Part shown: positions 1 to 13,757 of the stretch, in pieces | Layout: each line of letters opens with the position of its first letter | How positions within the stretch are numbered: the first letter of the stretch is position 1 | From: Gonapodya sp. JEL0774 | Lineage: Eukaryota | Reading direction: 5' to 3' | DNA length: 64,000 bases | NCBI GenBank assembly: GCA_027604505.1 | Contig: JADIIX010000120.1 | Location: 1 to 64,000, forward strand | Position numbers and translations under genes: made by a program | The notes under the pieces: model-generated | Database searches by the model: none | Told to the model about the DNA's origin: nothing | The model's input: the letters and a program-made list of their open reading frames with translations, nothing else

Positions 1-795
1 TTGTTTTCGTCCCAGTCCCCACCCCAACCCCCCACCCCCGCCCCCCCTTCTCCCCTGCCCAGCTCTCCCGCGCCGACATGTTCGCTATGGGTGCCTTCAT
101 CGCCGCCTCCTCGCCCAACTACACCACCCCCTACTACGGCCCGCTCACCAACACCTCCACCCCTATCGCCCTGCCCCTCTACATTGGCCGCCTGGACGCC
201 GAATCCGCCAACCCCACCGGCCGCCTGCCCGGCGCAAACGAGTCGGCCGCCGCAGCCCTGACCCGCTTCGCGACCGAGTACGGCTTCACGTCGCAAGAGA
301 CCGCCGCCGTGGTCGTGGGGTCCCACTCCATCGGCGGGGTCAACATCAAGGGGCAGAACACCGCCCCCCCCGTGGGCACAACGTACCCCACGTTTTTCTT
401 GGGCAGTGTGGATGGCCCCGCCGCCATTGTGGATCGCAGAGCGTTTGTCAAGGCCGCGGCGGGGTCGGCATTGATTCCGGCGGATAATGGGTTCGGAGTG
501 GTGGACGAGACCAAGGCGTGGATATCTGAGTGAGTGGTGGGGAGCGGGGGGGGAGGGGGGGGGGGGGTGGCGGGTGCGGTGGGAAGGCGGGGGCTTGAAA
601 GTGTTTGGGGAAGGGGAAACGCCGAACCGCCGTGCTCAAACCACGCTCCTCCACCCCCTGAACCTCCACCCCTCCAGGTACTCCCACAACGCCACCTCGA
701 TGTACGCGACCTACTACGCCTCGCTGCTCAAGATGTCCCTCCTGGGCCAGAACGTGAACAATCTGAGGATATGGACGCCGCCCGTGCCGCTGTGA
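1..795 (+). CDS. Heme peroxidase (non-animal superfamily), 3' part; gene enters from the left edge
   Basis: Motifs GRLDA..LP, GFTSQE..VVGSHSIG (proximal His) and C-terminal ASLLKMSLLG. The GT-AG intron 530-677 joins WISE to YSHNATS in frame. Stop at 793-795. Confidence 0.7.
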
Positions 796-1281
796 AGGGG
801 CGTCGGTGGGGTGCGGAGGTGGGAATGTGAAAGCGGAAAGCTGGAAGCGGGGTGAGAGAAAGCATGGCGTGGTGTGTGTGGGGGGATCTCGGCTCCGCAG
901 GGCGGGTCAGGATAGCAAGCGGCGGGAAATGGCGAGCCCAGGTGTGATTGTTCCTCTCCGGTTTATTGTGTCGAGATTGGTTATTGGATGGGCCGCATGG
1001 CGTGTTGCCGCCGGGAGGGGAGGGTCGTTTTTGTTACCCTCGTTCTTTGTTACCCCATTGCAAGCGGTGTTAAGTGGCTGGTCGTGTGGAGCTCACGGAT
1101 GGTGGAGCATGGACGTTTGGGCCTCTTGTTTGGATCTCTGTCTGTTGGAAATTTGGAATCCGCGTCGATGATGAATTTATTGGGGTATTCGGATATTTGG
1201 GAATTGCCTCTCTCTCTCCATTTCTTTTTTTTTTTTTACACAAATGGACACCGTGTCTTGTTGGAAATGGGTGAGAACCTT

Positions 1282-1800
1282 TTATCCTTGTACCATCACC
1301 ATGACTGTCGGTAGTAGTGGAAGGGAGGGTACCACATGTGGTGCAGTCAGCCGTTGGGTGGACGCTGGGGACTTGTACTCATCTACTATGTAATACAAAT
1401 GCACGTCTTTGCATTGGAAGTGCGGCCACCATAGCCCTGTGGTTTGGAAGATGGGACTGTGACCATGGTCAAGGTTCTGTTGTGAATGGAAAATAAGACA
1501 CTGTGGATACTTTTGCTTAGCACAATCAATGAAGGTTTGAAAAGCTATCAAGTGCTTTTGGTATAGAGTTTGTGGGGTCAGAGGTGGTGTGAATACTTCA
1601 AAGACATTATAATAGTGACCGTGCATGTGAGCGAGTGTCAGAGCGAAGTAGAGAACTTGTTGGAAGCATAAATGAGAGGTGGGTACACTCTTAGACACAA
1701 CTTCTCTGTCTCTATCTGGGTAACATGGCCCCAAACGTTGGAAAAGAGATGTCTGGAGAGTGGAGACTAGAACAACCACGCTTGCATCGGCAGCACCACG
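1282..1800 (-). pseudogene. CpG-depleted relic ORF (possible decayed transposon or gene fragment)
   Basis: No CpG between about 1425 and 1619, TG/CA-rich. The open minus-strand frame is enriched in His/Gln/Cys/Trp, as expected from deaminated Arg codons. No recognisable family. Confidence 0.35.
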
Positions 1801-2193
1801 CACACGCAGAGTTTCTGGAAAGTCCAGACCGATGGACACAGCAAAGAAACACATTTAATTTCCCATTTCCCATCAGATGAAAATGTTCTGAAAGAAACAA
1901 AAGGCGGCGTGACAATGGCGGAAGCGGGTGATCAGGGATGATCGGAGAAATTGCTGGGTTCGCCCATTTCGAGTGTCGGGTGTCCCCCACATAGCGAATA
2001 TTTGAGACAAACTCATCAGCGGTGGAAAGAGAGTCAGAGACGCTGAAAGCAGGGAACAAGAGAAGAAGTGCAGCGGCAGTGTGCGCAAAGAGCCCAAGGA
2101 GAGCGAAGGAGAGGTCACTCACAGGTGGAGACGAATTCAAGAGGACAAGTGGACGGCTGGACGCAGCTAGAGTAACACTGTAGTTGTGCGCAC

Positions 2194-5100
2194 ATGGATA
2201 ACAAAACAGGCATGATACATGTGGCGGCTGGCGGTGAGGATGTAGAGGGAGAGCAATGGGGAGCAGTGTCGGGTGTGGGTGCAGTTGGTCTTGGACACGG
2301 AGCAGAGCGGGGACTTCGAGTTCGAGCGGCCACGGAAGAAACGCAGCGGAGAGTGGAAGACGCCGCTGGCGGTACAGGTTGCGCAGACGTGGACAGCGGA
2401 CAACCTAGGCACTCACAGCACACCCGCTGCACCTCGTACACCGACACCACAGACACGCCGAACACACCCTGCGCACCGTCTGCCGCGAAACACCCCTCAA
2501 GTCGCACGCTCGACTTTGTCCGTGCCACATTCCGCGCCATTCGTCGCTCCCTGCACCCCGTCTCCGTTCCACATGTACGCAAAAGGTCGAGCTCCCTTGT
2601 CTTGGGCAACGAACAGACACCGAGCTACGGCCCCGAACTCGTCCTTGATGACAGAAACCGTGGCCTGGACGACGCCATGCACCAGAGCCCTGGCCACGGT
2701 GGTGCGGCGAGTGGCACGCAGGCTGGTTCGGGGAAAACTGGTGGGGTCAGTGAGTCTCGAAGGAGGACTAGTCAGGTGGTTACCGTCGCTGGAACTGGTG
2801 TAGCTGGTGGACTTGCTGTGGTGACTTCGTCCTTTTCTTGGCGAGACTTTGATACTCCTGGACCAACCATGAACCCAAGAGCACACCAAAGTCCGTGTCC
2901 TAGTGCCAACGCAAGTGGTGCCAGCTTGGCTGTTGCTGACGGTGAGTGCCTTCTAGGATGGGACGATGAGCGGAAGAGACTTGGAGGTGAAAAGTTGCTT
3001 GGTGGACGGAGGAAAATGGTGTCGTCCATAAGTGTCCAGCTTGGATTCAAAAGGCGAAAGAGAACTCGTATGGGCGGGGCACGAGCGAAGCAACAACTGT
3101 ATGTTTTGTCAAGGCAAGACGGTGAAATGCATGGAGGAGGGGATGGCAAGGTAAAGTTGGGAACCGAATCTTATTCCATACCAACCTACGGGAGGCCTGG
3201 AATTAACCGCGAGCGAGGGAGTTCGTTTTGCTAATTCGTGGGACATTGGTGAAGGAATTGAGGCATAGATGGCGGATCCGGGCGGTATCACTAAATCACT
3301 CTCTTGACCGCACACGTCGTCTCACCAATACGATCCATCTAAAACAACCCGCACCTTACCACCACCGTACCAGACCCATCCTCCTCTTACTCCCACGTCT
3401 ACCCCTACTCAACCTCGCACTCTCTCCTCACTTCCCCACCTCGCATACCCTCCTGGGCCCCATCCAGCCCGGTCTACTTCCACGGCGACGATCTTACACT
3501 CACCCTCCCGGATTCCCCACCCCGACGCCCTTCTGTCCCCCCGAGCAGGTGTGGTTGTCATACCGAGGACACTGCCGCGAGCACGGTCACCGTCAAGGAC
3601 AAATCCACAGCAGCCGCCCAATCACGCGACGCAGACACGGCCAGGTCAGACGAGACGCTCGATACGCCCAGTGGTGAGAAGGGATGCTCACCCTCGCCTT
3701 CGCCGCCGTACGTGTCTCTAGAGTCCGTCGGGATTGTGGGGCCAGTCGAGTCGGGGGCATCGGCCGAATCGGTCGAGTCAGCTGAGTCTGCAGGGTCTGC
3801 CGTACCGTACGACCATCCCACATCCCCACGCAGACTGAGAGTGATCCACAAACCTGACCCGTCGTACTCCATCGCACCACAATCTCACCCGTCATTCGCG
3901 CCATCCTCACTCTCTTCTCCATCCTCGCCCACCACCGCCACCGTGCTCGACTCGTCGCTCAGGATCGCGACACACCTCGATGGAGGATACGAGATCGAAG
4001 AGACGGATCGGGAACTGGAGCAACAGCATCATGTGAAAGGTTCCCACCTCCGATCGCATTCATCCTCACGATCCTCCAGATTCTCCTCGGTATCAGCATC
4101 ATCGCCATTCACGCCCGCATCCCCGCTGACTCACCATCCGGACCACCCAGTTCACACCACTCATCAGCATCGCACCGACACTGGTCGCCGACATTCACTG
4201 TCCCTGTCCCCGGCAGTGTCACCGTCCCACACCGGCCCTTCCACGTCCACTTCACCCTCCGCATCACCACCCGCACCGACGTGCAGTGAAGAAACAGTCT
4301 ACGACCCGGACAGACGCGTTTCGTTCCGGGACCGATCAGGGTCCGCTATGGCCATCCACACAGCGCACGCTGGGACCAGTGCGGACATCTGTGAAAGTGT
4401 CGACCGCCAACGGTCGACATCTCCACCACATGCCCACCCACATGCACATCGAGTGGTCTATGAGTCTCACCGTGTTTCACTCAATACTGCGCCGTCCACC
4501 TCCCCGCCCACAACTTCCCCACCTCACTCTGCGACCACGAAACCCACCCCCGCGCCAGCCCACCCCATCCTCCTCCCCATATCGCATCCAGAAAATTCTC
4601 CTATCGCCCTGCAACCCGCCTCCCCGCCCGTCGTGCCCCGTCGTAGGATGGGCAGTGTGGGCGGCTTGGCACTCACAGGTGGCAGCGTCGGTGCAAAACG
4701 GGAAGGCGGTTTTAAGTTGGGGCTCGGGTTCGCAATGGGGCTCGTGGGACTCGGTGGAGGTGGGTCAGGGGATAAGGCGCGCAACGGAGGGACGGCGAAC
4801 GGGAGGGTAAGGGTTTCCAAAAGTGTGGGGGATTTGGCGGGGAGAGGTGCAGGTGGCGGAGGCGGTGTAACTCTAGCTAGCGGGGCCCCTGGCACGGATG
4901 CAGGAGCGACTACGGGAACGACTATTGTATCCGTCACAGGAAGCAGAGCTGCACCGTTTGTGTGGACGACCGATCCTGCCTCCAACTCTACTACTCCCTC
5001 AGACCCCTCAAACCCCACCTCCTCCACGAACTCTACCTCTTCAACGCCACCAAATCTTTCCTCTCGCCCCACACGCACTGCGAGCCTGCTTGAGCTGACC

Positions 5101-8100
5101 CGATCAGTGCTCAGATCGCTCAGTCCCGGGGAAAAGGAGCTACTGATGAGCGTCGCGAGTCTAGGTGGTGGTAGAGAGGAGGAATTAGTGGAAGGAGTAG
5201 CTAGGATGGCTGCGGAGGAAGGGGAGGGTAACGACGAGGACGAAGGGTTCGAAGACGAGGAAAGTCAGGAAGAGAGTGACGGGAGTGCACGTGGGGGAGA
5301 TGAAGGAGGCAATGAACAAGAATTGAACGGTGGGTATGTACTTGGACAAGATGATGGTGTTGAAATCGTGGACGAAGGTGGCAGTGGAATGATCTCAGAG
5401 GAGGGTGACCTCTTGGCTGATGGGAGGACAGTGAGGTTTGCGATGGCAGATCAAGACGAAACGAATGAAGTTGTCCCGACGCCAGGGAAAGATATGGAGA
5501 GTGTGATTGCAGGTAAGTGTATTCGGTGTTGATCGTTGCCTTCACCCAAACAAACGGTCTCTCAATCCTCACTCACAGATCCAGGACTACCTCCATCATC
5601 ACCCTACTGCGGTTCATCGAGCGTCATGTCCTCGTTACGCGCGCTGGCCCGCATGGGATCTGGATCTGGCTCCACCTCGGTTTCCCAATCGAGCCATTCA
5701 TCATCCCACTCCGGTTCCAGGTCCGCATCAGGAACCTCTTCGTCCCCCGCCTTACCATCTTTGGCCACAATACAACCCTCGCTCTCTCGAGCTCCTTCCA
5801 CGCCCAGCACCCCCATAGTCACCGCGAGCACGCCGATACGGAATTCGCGATCAGCGAATTCGATATCGGCAATGGCGGGTTCGAGGAGAGCATCAATGAG
5901 GACACCCAGTGATCCCACTCCGCTCAATGCTGGTGCAAGTGGGAGTGCCGGCTCCATCGCCAGCGGGCAGTCGGTGGCGTTGCGGAGACCTTCAGTGCTC
6001 CGTCCATCGTCCGGTTCGAGACGCCCGTCCGTGCATCCGCCTCCATCACCGCGTCGGGTGTCGATACAGCAACCCTCGCCACCGAAAAAGTTGTCAAGTG
6101 ACCTGCCTCCATTACCTTCACCTACCCCTCTCCGCCTTCGGTCGCGGTCAGCTGATCCTCAAATCTCAGAATCGTCTTCAGACGAACTAGCATCACTCTC
6201 CCGCGCCACCCGGGCCGCAAGTGCAATCACAACACCTCATTTTCCCTCCACATACCGCCCGCGCCGCCGTCCGTCTGCTCCCGCTCAAGAAACCCGTACC
6301 ATCTATGCAAAATCTACAAGTCCGCACACGGTGATGACCCACGATGGGTGTGTTACATCTCATGGTGCGGTGAATCAATACGAATTGTTGAGAGAGATTG
6401 GGTCGGGGAGCTACGGTAGGGTTGTATTGGCGTACAGCCACGAAGCAAAACGGTACTTCGCGTGCAAGGTGATTTCAAAAAGTAGGTTGAGGAGGAAATT
6501 CAGGTGGAGCGCAAGCGGTGGAGGAAGCCCGGTGAGGAGTGTGGCGGAAAGGGTGGATGGGATCGGCAATTCTCCCGCGCTGGAGGAAGCTACAGGCCCT
6601 CACTGGATGGAGAACGTCAAGAGGGAGGTCGCGATTCTGAAAAAGTTGAGCAACCACCCAAACATCAACCAGCTGGTGGAAGTACTAGATGATGCGAGAG
6701 ACGATAACCTTTATATGGGTAAGCTGAGCAAAAGCTCTTCAGTTTTGCAGACGGCATCTTTTTGAGTCGTTACTTCTCGTCTCTCGCATGCTAGTGTTTG
6801 AGCTCTGTGAATACGGCGCTGTAATGAAAATCCAACTCAAAGAACCAGTGCGACCATTTACGGAGGATTTAGCCAGGAGATACTTCCGGGATATTATTCT
6901 CGGTCTCGAATTCCGTGAGCGAGACAGAACTATTAATTCTGGTTCAGATCTTCTAACACTCGCGCTGCGTCACCCTCCCCAGTCCACCACAAAAGAATAA
7001 TACATCGAGATATCAAACCAGAGAACCTACTTCTACGGCATGATGGAACTGTCCAGATAGCGGACTTTGGCATCTCGCACATGTTTCAAGAGGAGGAAGA
7101 AGACGCTCAAATACAGGACCGAAACGCGAGTCCAGCATTCTCACCGCCGGAAGTGTTCTGGAGTAAGTGAAATGTGACATTGGCAGGTGGCCGACGTATG
7201 TTCAACAGTTCGAATGCTTTGCGCCGTGAAGGCAACAAGGACCAAAATCTTTCAGGGAAAGCCATTGATATATGGTCGCTTGGAGTCACTCTTTATTGCT
7301 TCGTTCACGGCCACGCACCGTTTGAGGACGCGAACCCGGTTGAGCTGGCTCGTAAAATCGAATTGGACGCCGTCATAATCTCAGGAACTCTGAGCGCGCA
7401 GTTATGCGATCTGCTCACTCAAATGTTAGACAAGAACCCTCAGACTCGTATCAAGCTTCTTCAAATCCGTGAACACGAGTGGGTGACCCAGGGCGGCATG
7501 GACCCGTTGATCACGACCGACGAAAATTGTACCACGTGGGGCGATGAAGTAACCAACGAAGAAGTGGAGCTTGCTCTCAGCCCAGCTGTGTCGTTGATAA
7601 CCAAGGTGAGCACTGAATTCGAGTCAGCGCATCGCAGTGTATCGGTATCTTCTGCGGTTTGTTGTCGTATTTGTCCAGATTTTCGACAAGATTCGGAAGC
7701 AGAAGAAGACTCGAAAGGCTTCACTACCTTCCATTACGAAGTCGACAAATGATCTTGGTGTTTTGTCTGAACCTGCCTCTGCAACTTCATCAGTGACACC
7801 TCCGCGAAATGAAGAATCTCAAACCACAAGCTCACCATCTCTTCGCACTGGATCTTTCTCTTCTTGGTCGTTATTCCGAAGGGAGTCTCGTATTTCGCCA
7901 ACGAATAGTCTCACTCATGGAACGGCACTCTCAGAGCCGTCAACCAACATTCGTTTGGCAGGGAAAATGCGGGAATCCTCTCCCCTATTACCCCGATCAG
8001 TTCAATCATCTTCGTCAAAAGAATCTTCACCTACTACGAGTATGGAACCTAAAAGCCAGTCCAATAATGTGGCGGCGACCCGGGATACGAACGAAGCAAT

Positions 8101-8110
8101 CAGCACCTAA
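2194..8110 (+). CDS. CaMKK/Ssp1/Sak1-like Ser/Thr kinase with very long low-complexity N-terminus
   Basis: Kinase motifs [74 protein letters not shown]. Phase-compatible introns 2942-3373 and 5513-5578 link the upstream ORFs. The 5' start is less certain. Confidence 0.85.
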
Positions 8111-8244
8111 TAAATAGAAAAACAAAGCATAGCTTGTCTTAAAAAATCAATTCATGGATTTGTAGATATTATTGATTTAATATGCAATAAACAGATGCAC
8201 AGGATATCCCTGGCGGAGCAATAATGACTGGATAAAGTTGCAGC

Positions 8245-10811
8245 TTACGATCGAGAAGAAGGAAGCGAATATTGGGCTACATGTTTTGGCCGCGCTGACA
8301 CTGCCGCTATCGGTAGGTTTTTCAATAAACGATCCACCATAAGTGCCACTCGTTGACCGTACTTTGACTGCAGAAGCTGTGGGAGGTGGGGGGAGATAAC
8401 TTTAATCAAGTTCGCCCTGGCAAGCCCCTCTGAAAAAAACACCAAGTTTTGTGCAACGTAATTTCCGTAGCAGTTGTTCACGAGCTGCAAGATCATTCGG
8501 GGCCTGTGGAGTCACGTCTTAATTATTGGTTGTGTTCACCGCAGAATCGTTCCAGCTAACGTACGTGCCCATATCATCGCTGGTGGTCAGAACATGCACA
8601 AACTTTTCAATATGCTGACGTTCTGCAAGCCTTAGCGCTTTTTCAACCGCCTTGCATGAGTATTGGTCGTTCGCCAGTGTCACGAAATTTGAAGCCATGA
8701 TGCTCATAACAGTATTCTTGTCCGCGGGAACTCCATGCTCAATTATATGCTGGACACACCAATTTCCCCAGGGGCTTTTGGCAACCTCAACTAGATGATT
8801 TAGAATCTACCACGAGTGTGTCGATTGGGTTGATACGTCGAGAAAACGGATAGCAAAAGCACCGGACCTCATTAAGTATTTCGCGCTTATCAACCTCGTG
8901 GCAGTGCTCGAAAACTGATTGAACCACCTGTACAGAATTTGAGCTCTAGAATGGAGCTAAGACTCGACTCGGAAAATATATTGCTTACCAAGCTTCCGTG
9001 CTCATCATTGGCGATGTCGTGCCATCTGCCGCGAAGCATGCCTTTGACCTGTTCCAGAACTGGGGGTACAGCCGAAGGAGACAAACTTCGCCATTTGATC
9101 TCAAAAATTCTTTGCCAGCAATGGCACGCAAACTGGTTTGTTAATGTCTCAGGAACAAGGCGGAGCATCTCTTGGACAAGAACCATCTTAGACTCGTCCT
9201 CAATGGTTTCGATTGCCTGGACGTTCATGCAGCGGCCAGTCATATTAGAATAACACAAATTCTCGTCAGCTTGGGAAATCAGGATAGAATGAAATAGGGC
9301 AAACCTTTTGGACCACATGTGAGCCATATCGGTCCGTAGATATGGACAGGATGTGCGTTTTTATCTCCTGAGTCAAGTGACCCATCTGGTCCCGTGTCCC
9401 TTGTGATGGTTTGTCAGTGAGTTTCACTTCGATGATAACCAGATCGTTCGAGATACACGGACTCACCACATTCGAAATACTTTTGTACAAGAAAGTTCCC
9501 AAATTTGGAGCACATGAGAGCGACAGCGCGTTCCGCCACGGCCTCGAAAATGGCTCCCCGTTGCGCCGGATCTGCAGGCCCCTTAAGCTTTTGCTGCAAC
9601 AGCAGCGAAGCAGGCTGGTCGTTGTTGTGAAGAATCTTAGCCACAAGAGACTGCACACAGGAGTTTTGCTCAAGTTAAGGCTGCACCAACTGATTCTGGA
9701 CCAAACGCACCCGATAATTGACAGAGCGCTCTGAAAACCTTCCACCTCGAGTGAGTACGTCAAATGCCACCGGTTCTTCCGAGTTGTTCTTGTTGCAATT
9801 GAATACCGTGTGGCTTGATTCCATGGGTGGACCCTTCAACCTCTCGCTGTCTGCAGAAACATCCTGCGGAGAAGAGTATTGGGAATACCCACGGGTTCCA
9901 TCGAATTCGTGCTTTGCGCTCACATCTGCCATGACATCTTGCAGCAGTTTCATGCCAATAGCATTAATTTCGTGGGCATCCAAGTTGAACACTGCATTTC
10001 CGGTAGAAGGCACTGCACATGTCGAGAAATCCGAATGCTGCGAAGTTTCTACTTCATTGTAATTAGCACGCCGCTCCTTGGGGGCTGCTAGTCTCCTTCT
10101 GCGATGCATATCGGCGGCGGAACTCGCGATTTCATTGTGAATATAACCTGGTGGGGTGGAAAGATTTCGATCTGATGAAGCTGATAGAAGTCTGTTGGAA
10201 CGAAGCTGGGCATATTGAAAAGGCGTTGAAGGTGGGTAAGCCTTTGCTAACGCGAAGTTTGTCGCAACAGAAACAAACTGTAGCGATTTCCCTGTCCCGA
10301 GCCAGCACTGATGCTTTTAATGCCACGCATTCCGTAATTGCTGCGTTTAAGCGATTCACACAGGCCTCTTGGTCCAGGCTGGATCTCTGCAGAGAATCAT
10401 GTAGCTGCCCAATGTACACATCTCGCTGTACAACGGCAGTCTGAAGTGCGAATATCGCGCTATCTGATGATCGAATATACTAAGCATCAGCAGCAATGAA
10501 CGAAAAGAAGGATGAAATATGAAGTCGTTTTACACCCTCCGTGATATGTTGTGAATCGAAGGACGAACCTCTAAGCGCGTTCGAAAGCCACGATAAGCTG
10601 CTTGAATTCTCGTTGCTGCCATAGACCGCTTCTCATCTGCGCATTGTTGAGTCTCCAGCACATCCACGGCGCTGTCCTTCCAAAGAACTCCGATGGTCGG
10701 CCTCGAACTATCAACAGTATTGGAGTTGAGAGTTCCGGAGCGACATCCTGGTATGCTTTCTGGTATGCTTTCTGGTTTCCGCGTTCCATCGGCATTTATT
10801 AGAGCATCCAT
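8245..10811 (-). CDS. Pumilio/PUF RNA-binding protein (Mcp2/Mpf1-like) with N-terminal IQ motif and coiled coil
   Basis: ILHNNDQPASLLLQQKLK plus PUF repeats (KFGNFLVQK, RYGSHVVQK, QFACHCWQR, WGNWCVQH, CYGNYVAQN). IQAAYRGFRTR lies in exon 1. Confidence 0.85.
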
Positions 10812-10956
10812 CGACCTTTCTTGGGCAAGCTGAAGAGGAGGCCCAAGTAGTGGTTTCAATGCCGGCTTCAACCCCGTTCATTCTTTACATATTCGTACAG
10901 TCAAAGACCAAGCTGCAAAATTTACGGTATGTACAACTTCAATATAGGCTATGCAA

Positions 10957-13757
10957 TTAAGTCTGCTTAATTTGTATCCATTGTCCAATGCTCGGAACAC
11001 CATCGTTAGTAATGTACAGCAGATAGTACCCAGCTGGTACCACCTTGTTATCTGGCGGGGTGGTGATCTGAAGACTCGTCGTTGACACGACAGTGATCGG
11101 CGCCTAATGAGTATGAGCATGCTTCGTTAGTGACTGGCCCGCACCTGCGAAGTGCATCTTCTGCTTACCAACACAAGTCGTGTGCTCATGTGTAGCGCGT
11201 GTGTCACGCCACCAGGGAAGTAAAATGAGACCTTGAACGACTTAGTTACGTCAAAAGTCCCAGTTACGGTGAACTTGTCCCCCGGGTTCACCGCAGCTGG
11301 TGCTCCAGTGAACGTCGGTCTTGCTTTGCCAGTCAGTAGGTAGGGAGGGGTAAATATTTCGTTACGGTACTCCGTAGGATATATACCAGTTGTGTTTGGT
11401 ATGCTGTACGGATTGGACCCTGTCACAAGTACGGTTGCATCGGGCATCAACATAGAAATGGAGTGATCTGCGAAAGTACTAGATGTAAGAAAATGCGAGT
11501 ATTCGGAATTCATTTGAGAACTCCAGACTTACACATTCGTGCAACTTTCGATGCTTGGAGCGTGAACCACCGCTTCCCTTTGGGTGCCCCCGGGATAAAC
11601 AGATCGGGAGCAAAGACTGGATTTTTGGCGACTTCAAAGCCTTGGTGACCGTTCTTGGCACCATTTATGAACAGTATTGAGCCATCGGGGAGCAGCGTGG
11701 GATGCACCATGACTCGGTATTGCGGTAACTTTTCCGACATATCCCAAATGGGTTTCGAGAGCTCCGGAGTAACTAACAAATTCCGAGGTGAGCGTTCGCA
11801 GAATTGATTGATGACAACTTCAAATGCTCACTGATTCCACAGGTATCTGTTGCTGGCTGTTCAATCCACAGATCGGGATGTCCGCCACCGCAAATCATAA
11901 CATGGGAGGTATAATTGTCAGCAAAAGATATTGGTAACAGAGTTGCAGCACCAACAGCGGGGTAAGTGCGAGGATTAATTCCTAGATGATGCAGTACGAG
12001 TTCAGATTGGCAAACTCCAGTAAGGTCATCTCACACATAGTCAACCGACCGGGAATATCTGGTAGGTACTTCACCAACTTGTTCGCAACTGGATCAAGTA
12101 TAATACTGGTCATACCGGCCATAATAAACAAGTTTCCACTTCGCAGAACGTGCACATGCGGATACAACTGGAACGGTACCACGTTGGGGGCATTCAACAA
12201 ATCGAGTTGGAAGGTACCAGCTGGTTGTTGTGGATAAAATTCGTAGCTAGGTTCATTTGTGAGTCGGTTGACGACGAGACCCTGATCGTATTGGCGGATT
12301 CCGCCGATGACAAACTAGTTCCAAACACACGGGGTTAAGTGTCGCACCTCTTTTGTACCAAAGAGGATGCAACTTACCATCCTGCCGTCAGGTAAATTGA
12401 CCATTGTTGGATACCATCGTGGCTTCTGCAGTATGCCGATGGTCGCACCCTCTGCCCAGTTGCACGAAACTGTGATGTTGTCGCAGGGTCTCGTGAGAAT
12501 CCTGATACCTTCGTATCCCGTCGCAACAGTCACATCATTGTTCTCTGCATGAGAAAGATTTGTAAGCCGATGAGAATCCCGCTGGCAAGGAGTAATTCCA
12601 CTCACGAAGACTTCCTCCCACAGATATTATCGACCCGTCGGACATTTGGCCCACTCCCGAGCAAAATGGGTTCGTCTTCAAATCAAGTGATTGCAAGCTC
12701 AATGTTGCAGGGTTCCACTCCGTACTGACTGCGTAGCGGCCATCAGGCAAGAGCGCCTCGGTGACAACCTCTTGCTTCGACAACATAATCACGTTATTTG
12801 AGTTGGGAATCAGGATGGCGTGCATTGCAGGTACACCACTTCGTCCGCGAAGGGCAAATGTGCCTCCATTTGTGAGGTCGGTGGGGGATGCAAAAGCATC
12901 ACAACCAGATTGGCAACCTTCGCCACACGCGAAGTATGAGTCTCCGCAAAAGCCGTCGGCACCACAACAAGGGGTGTATCCATTTGTCAGATTGCTTACA
13001 CCGGTCGCTTATAAAGGCAAAGTTCTATGTGAGAGAGGCCGGACAAAGGGGACAGTCACCGTGACTCACGGCATGTGGCACCGCCAAACTCCTTGCCACA
13101 CCTTCCAGAGAAAACCGCTGGAGTGGGAGAGGCAGTCGGTGCGGATGTGCTTGCAGAAGTTGGGCTAGATGCAGCGGTTGACGTGGTGGCACTGGCGTTT
13201 AAGTTTCCCGATTGCTGTCCCGGATCCGTTGTTGCCTGGACAGTGGTTGTCTGTAGTCGGGTAAAGAATACAGCCATGAGGGCGATACTAGCGACAAGTA
13301 GCGCGATAGAGACTTTTGGCAGGAGCGAGTGGGTATTCAAGCAAGAGTGTTTCCAAAAGAGGCCGGCAAACTCTGTGAAAGTAAACATTGACTCACTGCC
13401 AACGAGGATCCACAGTGTTCTGTTTCCTCTTCGAAGGGATGCACTTCTTGGTAACGATTGTCCATTTAATAGTTTTGGCTGAATTATGTCGTCTGTATCA
13501 CGAACGCTATGTGTCGATTGTCGCAGACTTCCTTCAAAAGGTTTGGACCCCTCCCTCTCGTGATGGTGGTCAAGAAGGTTAACCCCTTCCTGTGGCTCAT
13601 GCGAATGAAGACGCGAGTGGCGTCGTTCATCGACCGTTCTGATTGTGATTGGCTCCAACGCAATGGCAAGATTTGAATCCGCCAAAGGGGGATCGGCAAG
13701 TGGGGCATCGGCAGACGCATCAACCAGAGGAGTGTCTTCAGTGTTTTCCGACGCCAT
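10957..13757 (-). CDS. Copper radical oxidase (AA5_1, glyoxal oxidase-like) with TM anchor and CBM18/hevein domain, paralog 1
   Basis: NPFCSG (Cys), RWYPT (Tyr), RMYHS (split by an intron), THALHMSTRL (His), C-terminal PAGYYLLY..DGVPS. Hevein motif RCG..GGATC..CCGADGFCG...CG.GCQSGC. Hydrophobic helix near 13260-13320. Confidence 0.9.

Noticed and set aside
4286..5957. Long antisense or alternate-frame ORFs over GC-rich exons (also elsewhere in the window)
   Set aside because: Shadow ORFs expected from GC-rich low-complexity coding sequence. No independent motifs.
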